64,000 nt of DNA, from assembly GCA_951406725.2 (NCBI GenBank), contig OX597826.1, forward strand, positions 44,020,001-44,084,000. Direction: 5' to 3'. Within the stretch, counting starts at the first letter, position 1. Each line of letters begins with the position of its first letter. Positions 24,295-38,020 of this stretch are shown here, piece after piece. Under the pieces are notes generated by a model that saw only the letters and a program-made list of their open reading frames with translations, searched no databases and was not told where the DNA came from. Source of the stretch: Octopus vulgaris. Its lineage: Eukaryota. The position numbers were made by a program, and so were the translations under genes.

Positions 24295-24525
24295 TGGTGA
24301 GTGTCTTTGCATCCTGTGTTTGTCCCTCACCACCTCTCGACAACCAGTTGATATGTTTACTACCCTGCAACTTATCGGTTCGGCCAAATCGATCGGTAGA
24401 ATATGTATTAGACGTTAAAAAAATATGTTCTGCGATCTATTTGTTCGACTAATAAATATGCTTCCAAGGCGGTACCTCAGCATGGTTGCAATCAAAGAAT
24501 CAAATAATTGAAACAAGCAAAATAT
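24293..24525 (+). mobile_element. SINE family B, 3' half (diverged)
   Basis: tgtgtttgtccc...gacaacc...cggttcggccaaa...cagcatggttgca...gaaacaag. Confidence 0.75.
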
Positions 24526-25082
24526 GCATATACATTTTTGTGTAGCTGTGTTTATGTGTGAATGTGCGTATGTGTGTGTGTCTGCGTGTGATGTCGTAGA
24601 CTAGATCTAGTTAAGTTAGTATATATTTAAGCTTTTAGAGACTTAGAAGAAACCTATAAAAATCTACCATTCTTTGGCAATAGGATGTGTTCCGCACTAT
24701 AAACGGCTCCTTATGAGACCGAGTGCAAGAAGCAATACACTTAAACGGCAAGAAATTTGAGCTTTAGAGAACACGAGATGAACGTGTACTTAACGAATTT
24801 ATTTACGTCACACAGGAGGCTTTCGGGGTAAAACTAACATATTAGTATAAGCGTATGTTATTAATAAGATTTACACTATGTAGCAAAAGTTATTTACTTT
24901 TGCTTTTGTCTTTGTTCAGTGTTATTTCCTATTTGCATTCTATCTAGAAATCAAAGGAAATGTCTACAATTCCCTCCAAAATTGGCTTATGTGATCTGGG
25001 GATTAATGTTTTGAAACTGACCACTTTCGCATTACATTGAGATAGATTCAGTGCTAAGTCATTCAAGTAGAAATATCTTTAA

Positions 25083-25250
25083 AGCAAATATTCTGCTAAA
25101 TACCACAGATTTACTTATCATTTGGTTGACCTTTTAACACTTGAGCATTGCCCTTAGTGGCTTACAATAAGTGCATCTCTGACCATGAACAGAAGTAGTT
25201 GGGGTGCATTATAGCCATGTGTTGAGTGGGAATCTTTGGGGTTTGAATAA
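25083..25250 (+). mobile_element. Family C internal fragment
   Basis: agcaaatattctgctaaataccacagattt...ctttggggtttgaataa matches ~51877-52043. Confidence 0.8.
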
Positions 25251-26077
25251 ATGTAACAAAAGCAAATTTTGAGGGAAATATTAGCCACTTTATAATACTT
25301 TCTAGGGGAAAGCAAACAGGTGATAAAAGTTGCTATACAAGGAGAAAAATAGTGTTACACAGTGTTATTTGTCATTAATTGTATGAGACATTTGATTTTT
25401 GTAGTGTAGTGTAAGTGTACGCGAGACATATTCTTTACTCGAAATGTAACGAATATTTATTGTGTCTCCATGATGTCAAATTTCTTAGGAAAACACGCCC
25501 GAAGTTATCTGATAATAAATTATCTCATTCCAGTAACTTTTGGAAATTTGTCTTTGTTGAAGAATATTGAATTATTGAATAAGCTTGTACGTTGAAATTT
25601 CGCGCCTCTCTATGCAAATATATGCCAAGAATGATATTAAAACTTTCGTTATTGCAAAGAAGATTGGAGTTTGAAATTCATGGATAGTTTTGGAGGTTTT
25701 GATGTTTTGTCTATATATGCTGGTTTCCATTTTGTAGTATAAACTTCAAATCACCCTCTGTATTACTTCTGATGTAATATTAAGCGCCTTTAAAGCTGTT
25801 TTAGTGATCACTATGTGTAGTGACTGGTACCGTCCTTTTGATGGTTGTTCTAGTGTGCTCTTCTACAGACCGACAACGTGAGGTATTTGATCTTATGAAT
25901 ATATCTAGTTTACGGTTTATGTAATATTTTCACACAACACTCACACACATACCCATATACCCAACCCCCAATAACACATTCATAGACATATATATATATA
26001 CACACACAAACATATATATACATACCCATATACATGATATATATATATAAATACGTATTTATGTATGTATATTTCTG

Positions 26078-26138
<61 letters not shown>

Positions 26139-26179
26139 TTCTCTCTCTCTATCTCCCTACCTTTCTCTCTCTCTCCCCC

Positions 26180-26213
<34 letters not shown>

Positions 26214-27465
26214 GCATACGCGCATACATATATTACCTTATATTCCTTTTGATATAATGTCCAATATACCTATATGCATATATATATATATATCACATGC
26301 ACACACATGCACATATCACACACACACACACGCACACGCACGCACAGACACACACACATACACACACACACACACAGACACGCACAGACACACACACACA
26401 GACACACACACACACACACGCAGGGTATATTACTTTTTATGAATACATTGATACATTTAAACGGGAGAAGTTCAATATAGTTGAATATATCGAATACAAA
26501 TTTCCGTGTTCCATTGTTTCAACGATATCACATGGATACGATTTCATTTAATACTTCTGATAGAAATATTTCCTGTTGCTCACAGTCGGATTATTACTAG
26601 AAAGCATAAATCATTTTATTGTATCCGACAGAGTGCATAATAAAATCGCAGATAAATAACGCCGGGTTTACGTTGTTGATATTTCTACTAAGGCACAGAC
26701 TTAACTGCTTAGATATGCATTACTCAAACGAGTATGTGTTTTACTTTCCGTGTTATAATAAGTTGAAATGTTCAGATTCTACCATCTGTACGTAGAGCAT
26801 GTGAATCATACCTTATCCTAGCCATATATTGAGCAGATGCTATGACATTTCTCTTGGTGCTATTAGAGCTGTCTCTGATTGGCAGCCACTAATAGATATT
26901 TATAACGTCTGGTCAACAGTACTGACCCTATATGATTCAAAACGAAGAAAATTTCATTTATTTGAACTAGAAAAGTACCCTTTTCTTACATTAAGCTACA
27001 ATACCCAACAAAAGATGCACACATACATAAAATCCTTACGCTAAGGTTTTGTGCTTTTAATGCGTGTATCATGGGGTTGATCCAGCAAGGTCGCAGGTCT
27101 CTGACCGAAACAAGAAAAAAAGTGTATGTATGTGTGTATGTGTTTGCATGTACAATTGCGTGCGTGTGTTTGTGGGTGGGCGTCAGTGAGTGTGTGCATA
27201 AGTGAGGGAGAGGTATTCTTTTTTATTAAAACGCTTTATATTTTTTTAAAATCAATCCTTTATATATAGTTTGTAGCAACAGCGTTGCCAGGTCGATTAG
27301 CGTGTCAAGATATTCTCGGTCTCATCTTCTGAATTACAGTACTATTGGCATATTGATCAGGAGCTTTGCTGTCGTACACATGGGAATAGTATTTTGGTGC
27401 ACCATGGTACACATGCAGACAATGAGAAGATCTGCTACACACATTTAGACTTTTAGAACATTCAA

Positions 27466-27830
27466 TAATTGTTTCAAGTTTTGACACAAGGCCATCAAAT
27501 TTTGGAGAAGGGCTAAGTTGATTATATCGACACCAGGATGAAATACAAAGTTGACCTAGGTGAAATTTGAACTCAGAACGTAAATGTGGAAGAAATGCCA
27601 CTCAGTATTTTGTCCGTTGTGCCAGCTTACCACCTTAATAATAATAATCCTGAAATGTAGGGGGCGAGAACTAGTCAATTTCATCGACCCCAGTGCTAGG
27701 CTGGTACATATTTTATCGATTTCGGAGGCTGAAAGGCAAGGTCGTCCTCGGTGGAATTTTATCTTAGAACGTAAAGACAGACGAAATTCCGCAAAACATT
27801 TTGCCCGGCGTGCTAACACTTCTGCCATTA
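27466..27830 (-). mobile_element. Two diverged SINE A copies
   Basis: gacacaaggcc...aatttgaactcagaacgta...gccagcttaccacctt and tcgaccccagtgc...gcccggcgtgctaacacttctgcca. Confidence 0.78.
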
Positions 27831-27894
27831 TCATGATTAAAGTTATCATTATTAATAATAACACCTATAATGATATTGCTTTCAAATTTCTTCG

Positions 27895-28215
27895 CAAGGA
27901 TCACGATCGTAAGATCGGGACCTCGATTACCGGCGGCGCGGTGTGTCCTTGAGCAAGACGCTTTATTTCGCGTTGCTCCACTTCACCGAGTTGGCAAAAA
28001 TGAGTAGTATCTGTATCTCAAAGGGCCATCCTTGTTACATTCTGTGTTACGCTAATTCACTCTGAGAACTGCGTAAAGGGTATGTGTGTCTGTGGAATGC
28101 TCAGGCACTTGCACTTTAATTTCATGAGTAAAAACTGGCACCCGGTCAGTTACAGCGACTAGATTTCCCCCTGATCGGATCAACTGGAACCATCGGCGCC
28201 GTAACTGACCGATTA
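27895..28215 (+). mobile_element. tRNA-Arg-like CORE-SINE; 3' module shared with the 57441 SINE
   Basis: tcacgatcgtaag head remnant; CORE-like gtgtccttgagcaagacgctttatt; tail caaagggcc...gagaactgcgtaaagggta...gatcggatcaactggaacc...cgtaactgac. Confidence 0.75.
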
Positions 28216-28246
28216 CCAGTCTGTATAGATGCACATATACACATTT

Positions 28247-28330
28247 CAGTGGCTGTGTGGTAAGTAGGCGCAGGAGTGGCTGTGTGGTGACAAGCTTGCT
28301 TGCCAATCACATGGTTCCGGGTTCAGTCTT
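28247..28330 (+). mobile_element. SINE B 5' fragment with duplicated head
   Basis: agtggctgtgtggt occurs twice, then cacatggttccgggttcagtc. Confidence 0.75.
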
Positions 28331-29117
28331 CTCTCTTGGTGCTGTATGAACTTTTAATGTGGTTTTAAAGTCAAGGTTTGGCTGCTATTTCAAGCGTGGT
28401 GGTATCTCCTAGATACCCTAAATTATAATTTTAATAATAATTATTACCTTTGAAGGATTTTATTCCCATGCTGTCCACTTGATAATTTCGATTTGTAAAT
28501 AACGATCTCATCCTCATATATATATATATATATATATATACATATCCTCCCATCAGTATGTTTGTATGTTTGAACATGTCCCTGCTATAACTCATGAGCG
28601 AAGCCGTTCCGTGTATCATGCAGAATAATGCAGTGAAAAACGAATTCCGTTTACTTTTATTTCAAATCGAGTGTTATTTGCACAGTAGCAGAGATGAGTG
28701 GAAAGGAATTCGGCTGTGAACACAAACTAGATTTTAATGGCATATTTATCAAGGTTTTCTCTGATTTCCAACATGTATTCGACACAAGAACTAGAGACAT
28801 AGTAAAATACTTGTAAAATACTTGTTAAGGTTTCTCTAATTGAGTTAAACTTAGAACAAATACTAGAAATGTTTCTCTCTCTCTCTTTTTCTATCTCTTT
28901 ACAACCTACATTGATCCGCGTGAATGTATTTCATTTGAAAATTTTAATGCTGGAAGCAGAAAATTTACAAATGAATGCAAGCTAAATATTACCATTGAAA
29001 AGTCCCTTTGTTTCCAATCTATTGATTTCTCGCAAAGAAACAAGGCATCAGAAAATGACGATTTAGAGGTTGTTTCATTAATATACATCCATAATACGAA
29101 CATGCATAAACATAGAC

Positions 29118-29220
<103 letters not shown>

Positions 29221-29342
29221 ATATATATATATATAGCTTATATATATGCATATATATATATACATATAGCATATGCATATGCTTATATCTATATGTATAT
29301 ATGTTTAAACACGCATATACATGATTGTTCTTACATAATCAA

Positions 29343-29424
<82 letters not shown>

Positions 29425-29600
29425 TGTGTTTGTGTGCGTGTGTGTGTGTGTGTACATGCTCAAATATATGTGCTCCCGTGCATTTATCTTTACTATATAT
29501 GGGAATCAGTTAAACAACAGCGTTGGCGGTTACAGGTTTCAAATAAGCCATTCACAGGTTTAAGGTGTGAGTGACCATGTACTGTTATTGGCTTGGTCTG

Positions 29601-29649
<49 letters not shown>

Positions 29650-29674
29650 ATATATATATATATATCTATCTCTC

Positions 29675-29746
<72 letters not shown>

Positions 29747-30989
29747 CACATACACACATACATACACACATACATGCATATATATGTCAACGCGTGCGTA
29801 CACAGAGACATATATTTGAGCAGATTTTCCCGGAATCAGAAAAGAATAACGCCTCTCACCTTCCAGTCAACTGTTCAAAAAGAATCCACCTATCACATGA
29901 TAATGAACACAATGCGTTGTTTTGTTTCCTATTCTTTCGGATCAGAAAGTCCAATACATTTTCTCCATCCTCTTCTTCTTTCTGATCTAGCCTTTAAGGC
30001 TTAACTATAGTATTTCTAGACATTTTGTGTTGTCTCTGTTCCACTTAGTCTCACGCATTTTCTTCACTTTCTATGCTTAAGGTAACACTGTTTTCCTGTA
30101 GTTGTACCAATAACGTTAGAAACTGTCCTTAATAATTGAACTTGTGATGATTACATAAAGAAAATCCGTGGATATTCAGGGTAAATGCTCGTAGTGCTTT
30201 GTATGTTGCTGTATGTCTGTGTTGTTGTAATCCATCTGCGTGTGTTGCTGTAATCCCTCTCCGAATGCAGGAATCGATACCTCATCAGGCGGTAACGCTC
30301 CTCTTTAAGTATTTCGGCTCCTTCTAGCGCGACACCACAGCTGCCTGGGGCCTCCCACCGATGCTGGTGATAAAACAGGCAACAGCACCAGCTTTTAAGA
30401 TTCAGATGTCGTGACTCTAGGACAAGTGTTTCTATTATCCTCAACGCTCGTTCAAGTTGCACGACTCGTCTTCTCTTTAGAGTCAGATATAATTGCTTTC
30501 TCGACAGTCCGACAATTTTCTGGCAACTTCTGTCTCCTTCACAGATAGTTCAAGACTCCTGAGCATCGAGAAGACTCTGCTTCCAACAGATCTTTCAACA
30601 ACCGAAACTTAGTTTCTATATAATTACAGTAAAATGTTTAATCGGGGTTATAGTTTCAAAATACAGAAGATATATTTTAACAAGTTTTTTTTTCATTTCA
30701 TGAGCGTCCCGTTTACACTCTATATCACTTTTCCCACTATATAACTTATTATACCTCTCGAGTCTTTCTTCATTGATTCTCTACGAATCAATCCTTAACA
30801 AGTGTATTCAGTACTAGGGACATGCAGTTTTCTACTAAAATCCGAAATGGCGAACATTTCTTAATTCAGATGGAAGGAAAGTTCATCGCTACAATAACCT
30901 AAAATAAATTCCTTAGTTGGCAAATATTTTTCACATACTCACACACATACACATTATCCGAAATGCACAGTATTTTATATCCATCACGG

Positions 30990-31078
30990 CAGATATTACC
31001 AATGTGTTTCGCGCTAGGAATACAACGAAATATTAGGTAAGAATCCGATTATATAATCTTACGCTCATCAGAATTAGC
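30990..31078 (-). ncRNA. Type I hammerhead ribozyme motif with canonical core and long stem-loop II
   Basis: aatt-CTGATGA-GCG...(48-nt loop with gtaaga/tcttac hairpin)...CGC-GAAAC-acattg-GTA-atat; stem I weak. Confidence 0.65.
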
Positions 31079-31111
31079 CGATATGAAAAGGAATATATAT
31101 ATAAATATATG

Positions 31112-31193
<82 letters not shown>

Positions 31194-31698
31194 CACATCT
31201 GTGTGTGTGTGTTTGCGCTTCAAGTATGTGTGTGTTTATATATACACACGTGCATCAGACGAGGCTATTGAGCTATTTCATTAAAGTTAGATTTCACTGT
31301 CATCTCGTTACTAAGATCAAAATAGTTCGTTGCTCTTCGCCAATCTATATAATAAGACAGTTTCATTTAGAATGGATTTTCTTTTAAGAGACTGGTTATC
31401 AGAATCGCACTGAACTATTTTAGCTCTACATAACGGTCATTGTTATTAAAATCCCAAATGACAAAAGAATGCAAACGCATTTGTGTTTTTAAAATTGGCT
31501 AATTTCGCTTTCCCAAATGTAGCGCTTTCAGATGTGTAAGAAGTCTTGATGCTCAAACTTGTACATCCACACTCATACACACACAAACACTGACTCAAAC
31601 ACACACACTGACTCATACACACACATACGCACGCACAATTACACACACACACACACATACAAATAATTCATATGTGTATATATGTATATATAACTGTA

Positions 31699-31751
<53 letters not shown>

Positions 31752-31755
<4 letters not shown>

Positions 31756-31794
31756 ATTTCTTTATTACCCACAAGGGGCTAAATACAGAGGGGA
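31752..31794 (-). mobile_element. Fragment of the dimeric SINE A junction/tail
   Basis: tacctatttctttattacccacaaggggctaaatacagagggga matches 61331-61374. Confidence 0.7.
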
Positions 31795-31819
31795 GTATAT
31801 ATATATATATATATATATA

Positions 31820-32015
31820 CCAGAATAAACACATAAATGTGAAACAAGGTGGAAAAAAGAGTACTCAAATACCAGTGGTAGAGTAATATGCTTTATTTAA
31901 AGCAGCAGAAAATTCAACAAAACCTGTTACTTGAGTTTCCCGTTGCCGTCCGATGAACGGCAACGGGAAACTCAGAGTAACAGGTTTTGTTGAATTTTCT
32001 GCTGCTTTAAATAAA
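31820..32015. mobile_element. Fold-back element in (TA)n; hairpin loop is the hammerhead-like core CCGATGA
   Basis: 31892-31949 inverted to 31957-32015 (1 indel); loop 31950-31956 CCGATGA, then acg-gcaa-cgg-GAAAC-TC; unpaired 72-nt tail 31820-31891. Confidence 0.8.
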
Positions 32016-32305
32016 TAATATATATATATATATATATAACTGTGCCACGTCACTTGCTGCGATCTTGGCAAGTGTTTTATATTCAGCATCAGAACTAGGT
32101 ATCATAGTTTAAATATTTAGATATTATGTTGAAATGTCGTCTGCGACATTCTGTCTATTAAGATATTTTCTCTCGGGAAAAAGCTCTATTGTTTTCCTTG
32201 TCACACTCAATAAATATATTTTTTTTTAATACGCAAAAACGTTTAATGCTAGTTATAAAGTATTGCTATTCCTATTTTCTTTTCTTTTCTTTTTTTTGTT
32301 TTCAG

Positions 32306-32470
32306 AAAAAGTATAACGATGCCGATATTGTGAAATGGAAGCCTTTCCGCCTCATCATACCAATATTCAATACTATAAGATATATTCTGGTTTATGGTGG
32401 TTTGAATCAAACAATTTCAATGCGACCCGTGTGTTTTCTAGTCGTATTGCAATATAAACTCAGGCTATTG
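32306..32470 (+). CDS. Candidate exon of an unidentified gene or pseudogene
   Basis: Strong polypyrimidine acceptor ...ttttgttttcag at 32305; open frame KKYNDADIVKWKPF...; weak donor GTTAAG; no recognisable domain. Confidence 0.2.
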
Positions 32471-32689
32471 GTTAAGAACAAAGATTTTACGTTATGTTAA
32501 AATATAAAGTTCTCCCAGAAGCGTAAAATTGAATTGTTCACAATCATAAGTATCATACTGCTGCTGTTTTGCCGCAGTATGGTACAATAGTTACGTAGAT
32601 ATATTCTATATTTCAGAGTTAAGTCGATTTAAATCTGAATATTTTCCAGTCCTGTGCATTGAATTCACCGCAGTGCTAGAGTTATTGGT

Positions 32690-32960
32690 ATAGGTGCAAG
32701 CATTGCTGTGTGGTTAAGGTGATTGATTTGTAACCACTTGGTTCCGGGATTAATCCAACTTCGTGACACTTTAAACAAGCAACTTCTACCACAGACTCCA
32801 GTTTACCAATGATCGTGCTCAGAATTTATTAGATGAAAACACTGCAGAAAAGTGAGCGTCAAAACCTCGGCCCACATTTATATATATATGTGTGTGTGTG
32901 TTTGTGTTTCATTTGTGTGTGTATAGATACGTATGTGTGTCTTTTGTTCGCCCACTAATT
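32690..32960 (+). mobile_element. Diverged SINE B, 5' part
   Basis: aggtgcaagcattgctgtgtggttaagg...aaccacttggttccggg. Confidence 0.6.
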
Positions 32961-33502
32961 TAATTCGAGCTTGGGAAATCGCATACTTCAACAAATATTT
33001 TATTTGCTAAATCTTGTATAGGAACAGAAATTCCTTGTTATTTCCAAAAGACCGAGATAGGGATTGTCTGTTACTGAGGCGGAAGAAATTAGCCCGAACA
33101 CAGGTGTCTGATACTTCGCTGACGTTGTTTGAATGGTCTCGTGTTTTCACACACAACATCGCTTGGAAAATGTTCTACCAAGACCATGTGCCGCATCTAA
33201 TGTCATTTCCAGTTCAAGTGAACAGCAGCGTGTTATAGATACATACATACACTATTTTAAACTTCAATATTTAGTTTACGAATACAATAACATACATACG
33301 TGTGTGTGTGTGTGTATGTATGTGTGTGTGTATGTGGATAACAATTTATATATCAACTCCGCCTCCTGTATCTGGGTGTGGTCTCGGAGATATTGTCCTG
33401 GGGATAGTGTCCATAGGGTCCTATCAGATGCGACCGTCATTAAACCGACGTGCGTGAATGCGAAGCATGACCAAGTGAGACGATGGATATTTTCCAACTA
33501 TT

Positions 33503-33608
33503 TTGTTTCAGGTCTATCCTCAACGTCACTTGTTCCAGGTCTATCCTCAAGGTCACTCAAGGTCACTCAACGTCACTCAAGGTATATTCTCAACGTCACT
33601 TGCTTCAA
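33503..33608. repeat. Minisatellite of TCAA(G/C)GTCAC 10-mers within 27-bp higher-order units
   Basis: caggtctatcctcaa twice; tcaaggtcac x2, tcaacgtcac and tcaaggt in tandem at 33547-33583. Confidence 0.8.
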
Positions 33609-34271
33609 GAATCCGTTTTGCACTTCATGTGACATATTAATCACGTATCCGTAGTACCAGAGCTTTGACATCACACTGCAGAAAAGTAGCGGTTCAAACT
33701 TCGAAGGAACCTCAATTCAGTCGGTTGTATTCATGGCTGTATTTTTTCTGTCATTACGCGACTTGCATGAAAATAGCTGCAGGTTAGCATACAAAACGAA
33801 ACGAACATAGTTTGACTCTTTTACCAACCTCTGTTCTATGCCCGTGTATATGCGTATATATTTTTGTATTTATGTAAGCGTATGAGAATACTTTTTGACG
33901 TTGTGTATAAACAAAAATTCTAAATATCAACGAATTTCCCCATCCACGATAAACCGATATTTTCTAATAAAGCTACCTAGCGTGTTATATTCTTCGCTAG
34001 AATATTACAAGCGACTTACTTGGCATCCTAGCAGTTCTAAATCACAACCAGTGACTGGTTGGCTGGCGACAAGTAAACCAACAATCCTATTGCTCAAAGA
34101 TGCGGTGTAAAATATCAAATTCAAGGAAATCTGATTATTTAGTTGGATTATTAATATTTCTAAAACGGAAAAGGAAACTACATGTTTTTGGTAGACGGCT
34201 ATAGTCTATTTTGTCGCGATCCCATTCGCAGTCATTTAACTTCTACATTATTTTCATTCACCCAAGAAATA

Positions 34272-35445
34272 TTGATTTCAAAATTTGACACAAACCCAGC
34301 AAGGTTTGGGAAGGGGGTAAGTCGAATACGTCGATCCCAGTGTCCAGCTGGTACTTATTTTATGGACCCTGAAAGAATGAAAGGTAAAGTTAGCCTCGGT
34401 AGAATTTGAATTTAAAACATAACGGACTAAATACCGCTAAGTATTTTTCCCTGCTTGCTAATGAATCTGCCGGCTTGCAGTCTTATTGACCCAAGAAATA
34501 TTAAAGGCTGTCAGTCTCGGCGTGAACTGAACTCTAAACAAAAACAAGTAATTTACTAATCAATCCTGTTAATCCAATATTTTTATAAAATTAAAATATA
34601 GCTGCTCCACACAACCTTCTTCCACTTCTCCTGTCCCTCTGCGCTCTTCCTCACCCCTTCTCCTTCCCCTTCTCTTCCTCCTCCACATCATCATCATTGT
34701 CATCATCATCATCATTGGTTTTTCACTGTGTTTTTTTTCCTAAAACATCTTAGAGCAGCGAATATTGTTGAATCCGGTTCTAAGGTGGCGAGCTGGCTGA
34801 ATCGTTCGCACACCAAACATGATGTGTAGCGGTATTTCTTCTGATTTCAAATTCCGAAGCAGTTGACTTTGCCTTTCGGTCTTTCGGAGTCGACAAAATA
34901 AAGTAGCAGTTGAAAACTAAGCTGACCTTGTGCCAAAAAATCTAAAGCCATTATTTCTTCCGGTTTTCAGGCAATGAGCTGGCAGAATCGTTAGTACGCA
35001 GGTCAAAATGCACCGAGATCGACTTTATCATTCATCATTTCGGGTCGACTAAGCACTGCGGTCGATCTTAACGAATTTCACCTCTCCCGAATTTGCAGAC
35101 GGTGTGCGAAAACTTGAAACCAGTTATTATTGCTAATTAAGGTGGTGAGCTGGCAGAATCTTTAGCACGCAGGGTAAAAATGCTTGGCGGCATTTCGTCC
35201 ATCTTTGCGTTCTAAGTTGAAATGCCACCGAGGTCGACTTCGATTTTAATCTTTTTGGGGTTGACGGAATAAGTACCAGCTTAGCCAAGGCGTTGGTATA
35301 ATCGATTAGCCCTCTCCCACTAAATTCCATGACTTGTGCCTATAATAGAAAGGCATATTTCTTCTTATCCTTTTTTTCTTGTTTTTGCGAGGTCCAGTTG
35401 TGGACTACTTTGCATTTCACCCTTTCCAGATCGATAAAATAAACT
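34272..35445. mobile_element. Cluster of diverged SINE A copies (34272-34486 -, 34780-34950 +, 34968-35125 +, 35138-35355 +, 35390-35445 +)
   Basis: Repeated gagctggc(a/t)gaatc heads and gacttt..cttt..cggggtcga-type bodies. Confidence 0.78.
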
Positions 35446-37066
35446 CGTCTTTCAGTTTTCATCATGCTTGCCCAATTCGCAAATGTGCTTAAAGGGACTC
35501 AATATGACGGTCTGCAAAAAACACGGACAATATATTGAGTTTGAGAGAAATTATTGAACAATAAGTCAACACCACCTGGTAGTAGTTATACAAATGGTTT
35601 CTAAACTGAATGTTTTAAAATTATCTTTACTGTAATATTATAAAGCACCACGAAGTCTAGTGGGCCTTTTTCGTCTGGTTATATATTGCAGACATGCTAT
35701 TAAAAGCCTTTGTTCTCCTAAAAACTGCTTATTAAACAATCGCTGAGATACTTTAGATGTTAATATTTGAGAGAACAGCGTTAAAATGCAACGTAGTTGC
35801 AAATTCATTAGCTGTGAGGAAATACCAGGCGATATACTGGAAATGTGCTAGTTGAATTGGAAATAGACGTTTTAGAAGCGAATAAACTAATAATTGGCAA
35901 GAGAAAAGCAGTAATAAACAGAAATGTAACATTATACAGAGATGAAATATTATATATTTATACATTAAGTATATTCTAAGTACGTATGGAACATACACGT
36001 TTATATTCTCTACTGCCCTTGTAACAACATTCCACTCCCAAATACCTGCAAGTAACGACTGGTCGATAGCAATTATTTGGTCATAAGTGTACTATAAATA
36101 GTATTTCAGCCATAGCACTTTAATTGAGATGTTGTGTACGTGTGTGTATGTATGTCCGTGTGTGAATGTACGTCTGTCTGTGCGTGTTTGTGGATGTCAT
36201 TGTTGGTGTATCTGAAAATGTATATATGTGCGTTTCATTTAAAAGAAATGCTATTTCGCTATTAATTTCAATTGAGATAGCAAAAATATTCATTTCATGC
36301 TCGAACAGAATAAAATTTATATATTCAGATTTTTTTTTTTTTTTTTTTTTTTCCCTTTTTGAAAATGTGTTAAATTTGTCCCATTCTTTTTCATTTATAT
36401 TACTTCTTATTCAGCACACATTTCCATTCTATTCCTCTAATTCCAACATATCGATTCCATTGCCTCGTGGATATATTTTTGACACTGCTCATTATATTTA
36501 CTCCTATTTCTTTAACTGACTTTCTATATTCTTTTACATTTTACGTTATATTTCGGTTGTTCAACACTAATTTTGCAGCTGCCACTCACTGTTTGTTTGT
36601 AGCACCGATCCCTTGCTATCTTTATAAAGAACAGTCATTTATCGATCTTGTCAACAGAAACAATAGACTCCTCTTTTTTAAAAATTATTTCAGACTTTTC
36701 ATATTTAAATTATATATTTCTCAAATCCAATTTTGAAACAATTCATATATTTCCTAATAATGAATCATTTCATTCCATTTTCTACTACATCATTCTCTCT
36801 CTCTTCCTCCCTAGCTCCATCCTCTCTCTCTCTCTCTCTTTCTCTTTGATTTTCATTTGAATTCAGCCTCATTCGGAAATATCACTGTGCGTATGTGTGT
36901 ATACGAGTGTGCGCATATACTTACGTGCGTATGTATGTATGTATGTATGTATGTATGTATGTATGTATTATGTATGTATGTATGTAAGTATGTATGCACG
37001 CATGCATGCATGTATACATCTACATACGTACATATATATATTTCATATGTCAATTACTCTCTCTCT

Positions 37067-37111
<45 letters not shown>

Positions 37112-37147
37112 TACGCACACACATACATACACACACATGCACACACA

Positions 37148-37204
<57 letters not shown>

Positions 37205-37206
<2 letters not shown>

Positions 37207-37557
37207 TTGTTTCAGTCATTTGACTGCAGCCATACTGGAGCACCACCTTAAAGCGTTTAGTCAAAGAAATCGATCTCAGAACTTATTTTTGTAAACCTAA
37301 TACTTATCCTATCAGCCTCATTTGCCGAACCGCTATGTTACGACGACATAAACACACCAATATCAGATGGAAGGGGGGACAAGCACAAGCATAAAGACAT
37401 ACGCATAAAACACACACACGCATACACATACACACATATATAAATATATGTATACATACGATGGGCTTTCAGTTTATGCCTTCCAACTTCTGTCACAAGT
37501 CTCTGGTCGGCCTGAGGCTATAATAGAAGACACTTGCCGAAGTTGCTACGCAGTGCG
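37205..37557 (-). mobile_element. SINE family B
   Basis: ttgtttcagtcatttgactgcagccatactggagcacc...tttgccgaaccgcta...ggtcggcctgaggctataatagaagacacttgcc. Confidence 0.88.
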
Positions 37558-37941
37558 AATTTAATTCGTTCCATGACCGAGCTCGTTTTATGAATTACAT
37601 GTTTTACAAATCATTGAAATTCCTCTTTGAAATTAATTGAAATATAACTAATCTGCTCCAGCCCCCCACCCCAAAATAATTTTTTATGGGTTTTAAAACA
37701 AAACAAGTGCAGTTACAAATAAAATGACAATTATAAAAAAGAGAATGCATAAGAAATATGTAAACTGGTTTAATTAACCAAATTACTTTAAAGATGGGAC
37801 GATTTGTGCGCGAGGAAGATGATAGAGCGGGGAGGAGCTGGATTGCTGTTTGGGAGGAGAATCTCCTGGCATTAAGACTTCGGCTCGTACGGGAAATTCC
37901 TCGTAAAACAGTGTACTCGTATTGCGTTGTTCAACTGTATA

Positions 37942-38020
<79 letters not shown>

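Noticed and set aside
32306-32470. Idea that TAA stops in an alternative frame (RCRYCEMEAFPPHH...) are recoded to Trp by A-to-I editing
   Set aside because: Needs double editing at two codons and has no homology support; purely speculative
33503-33608. Short direct repeats resembling a CRISPR array
   Set aside because: No unique spacers, irregular 10/27-bp units, no cas genes, eukaryotic context
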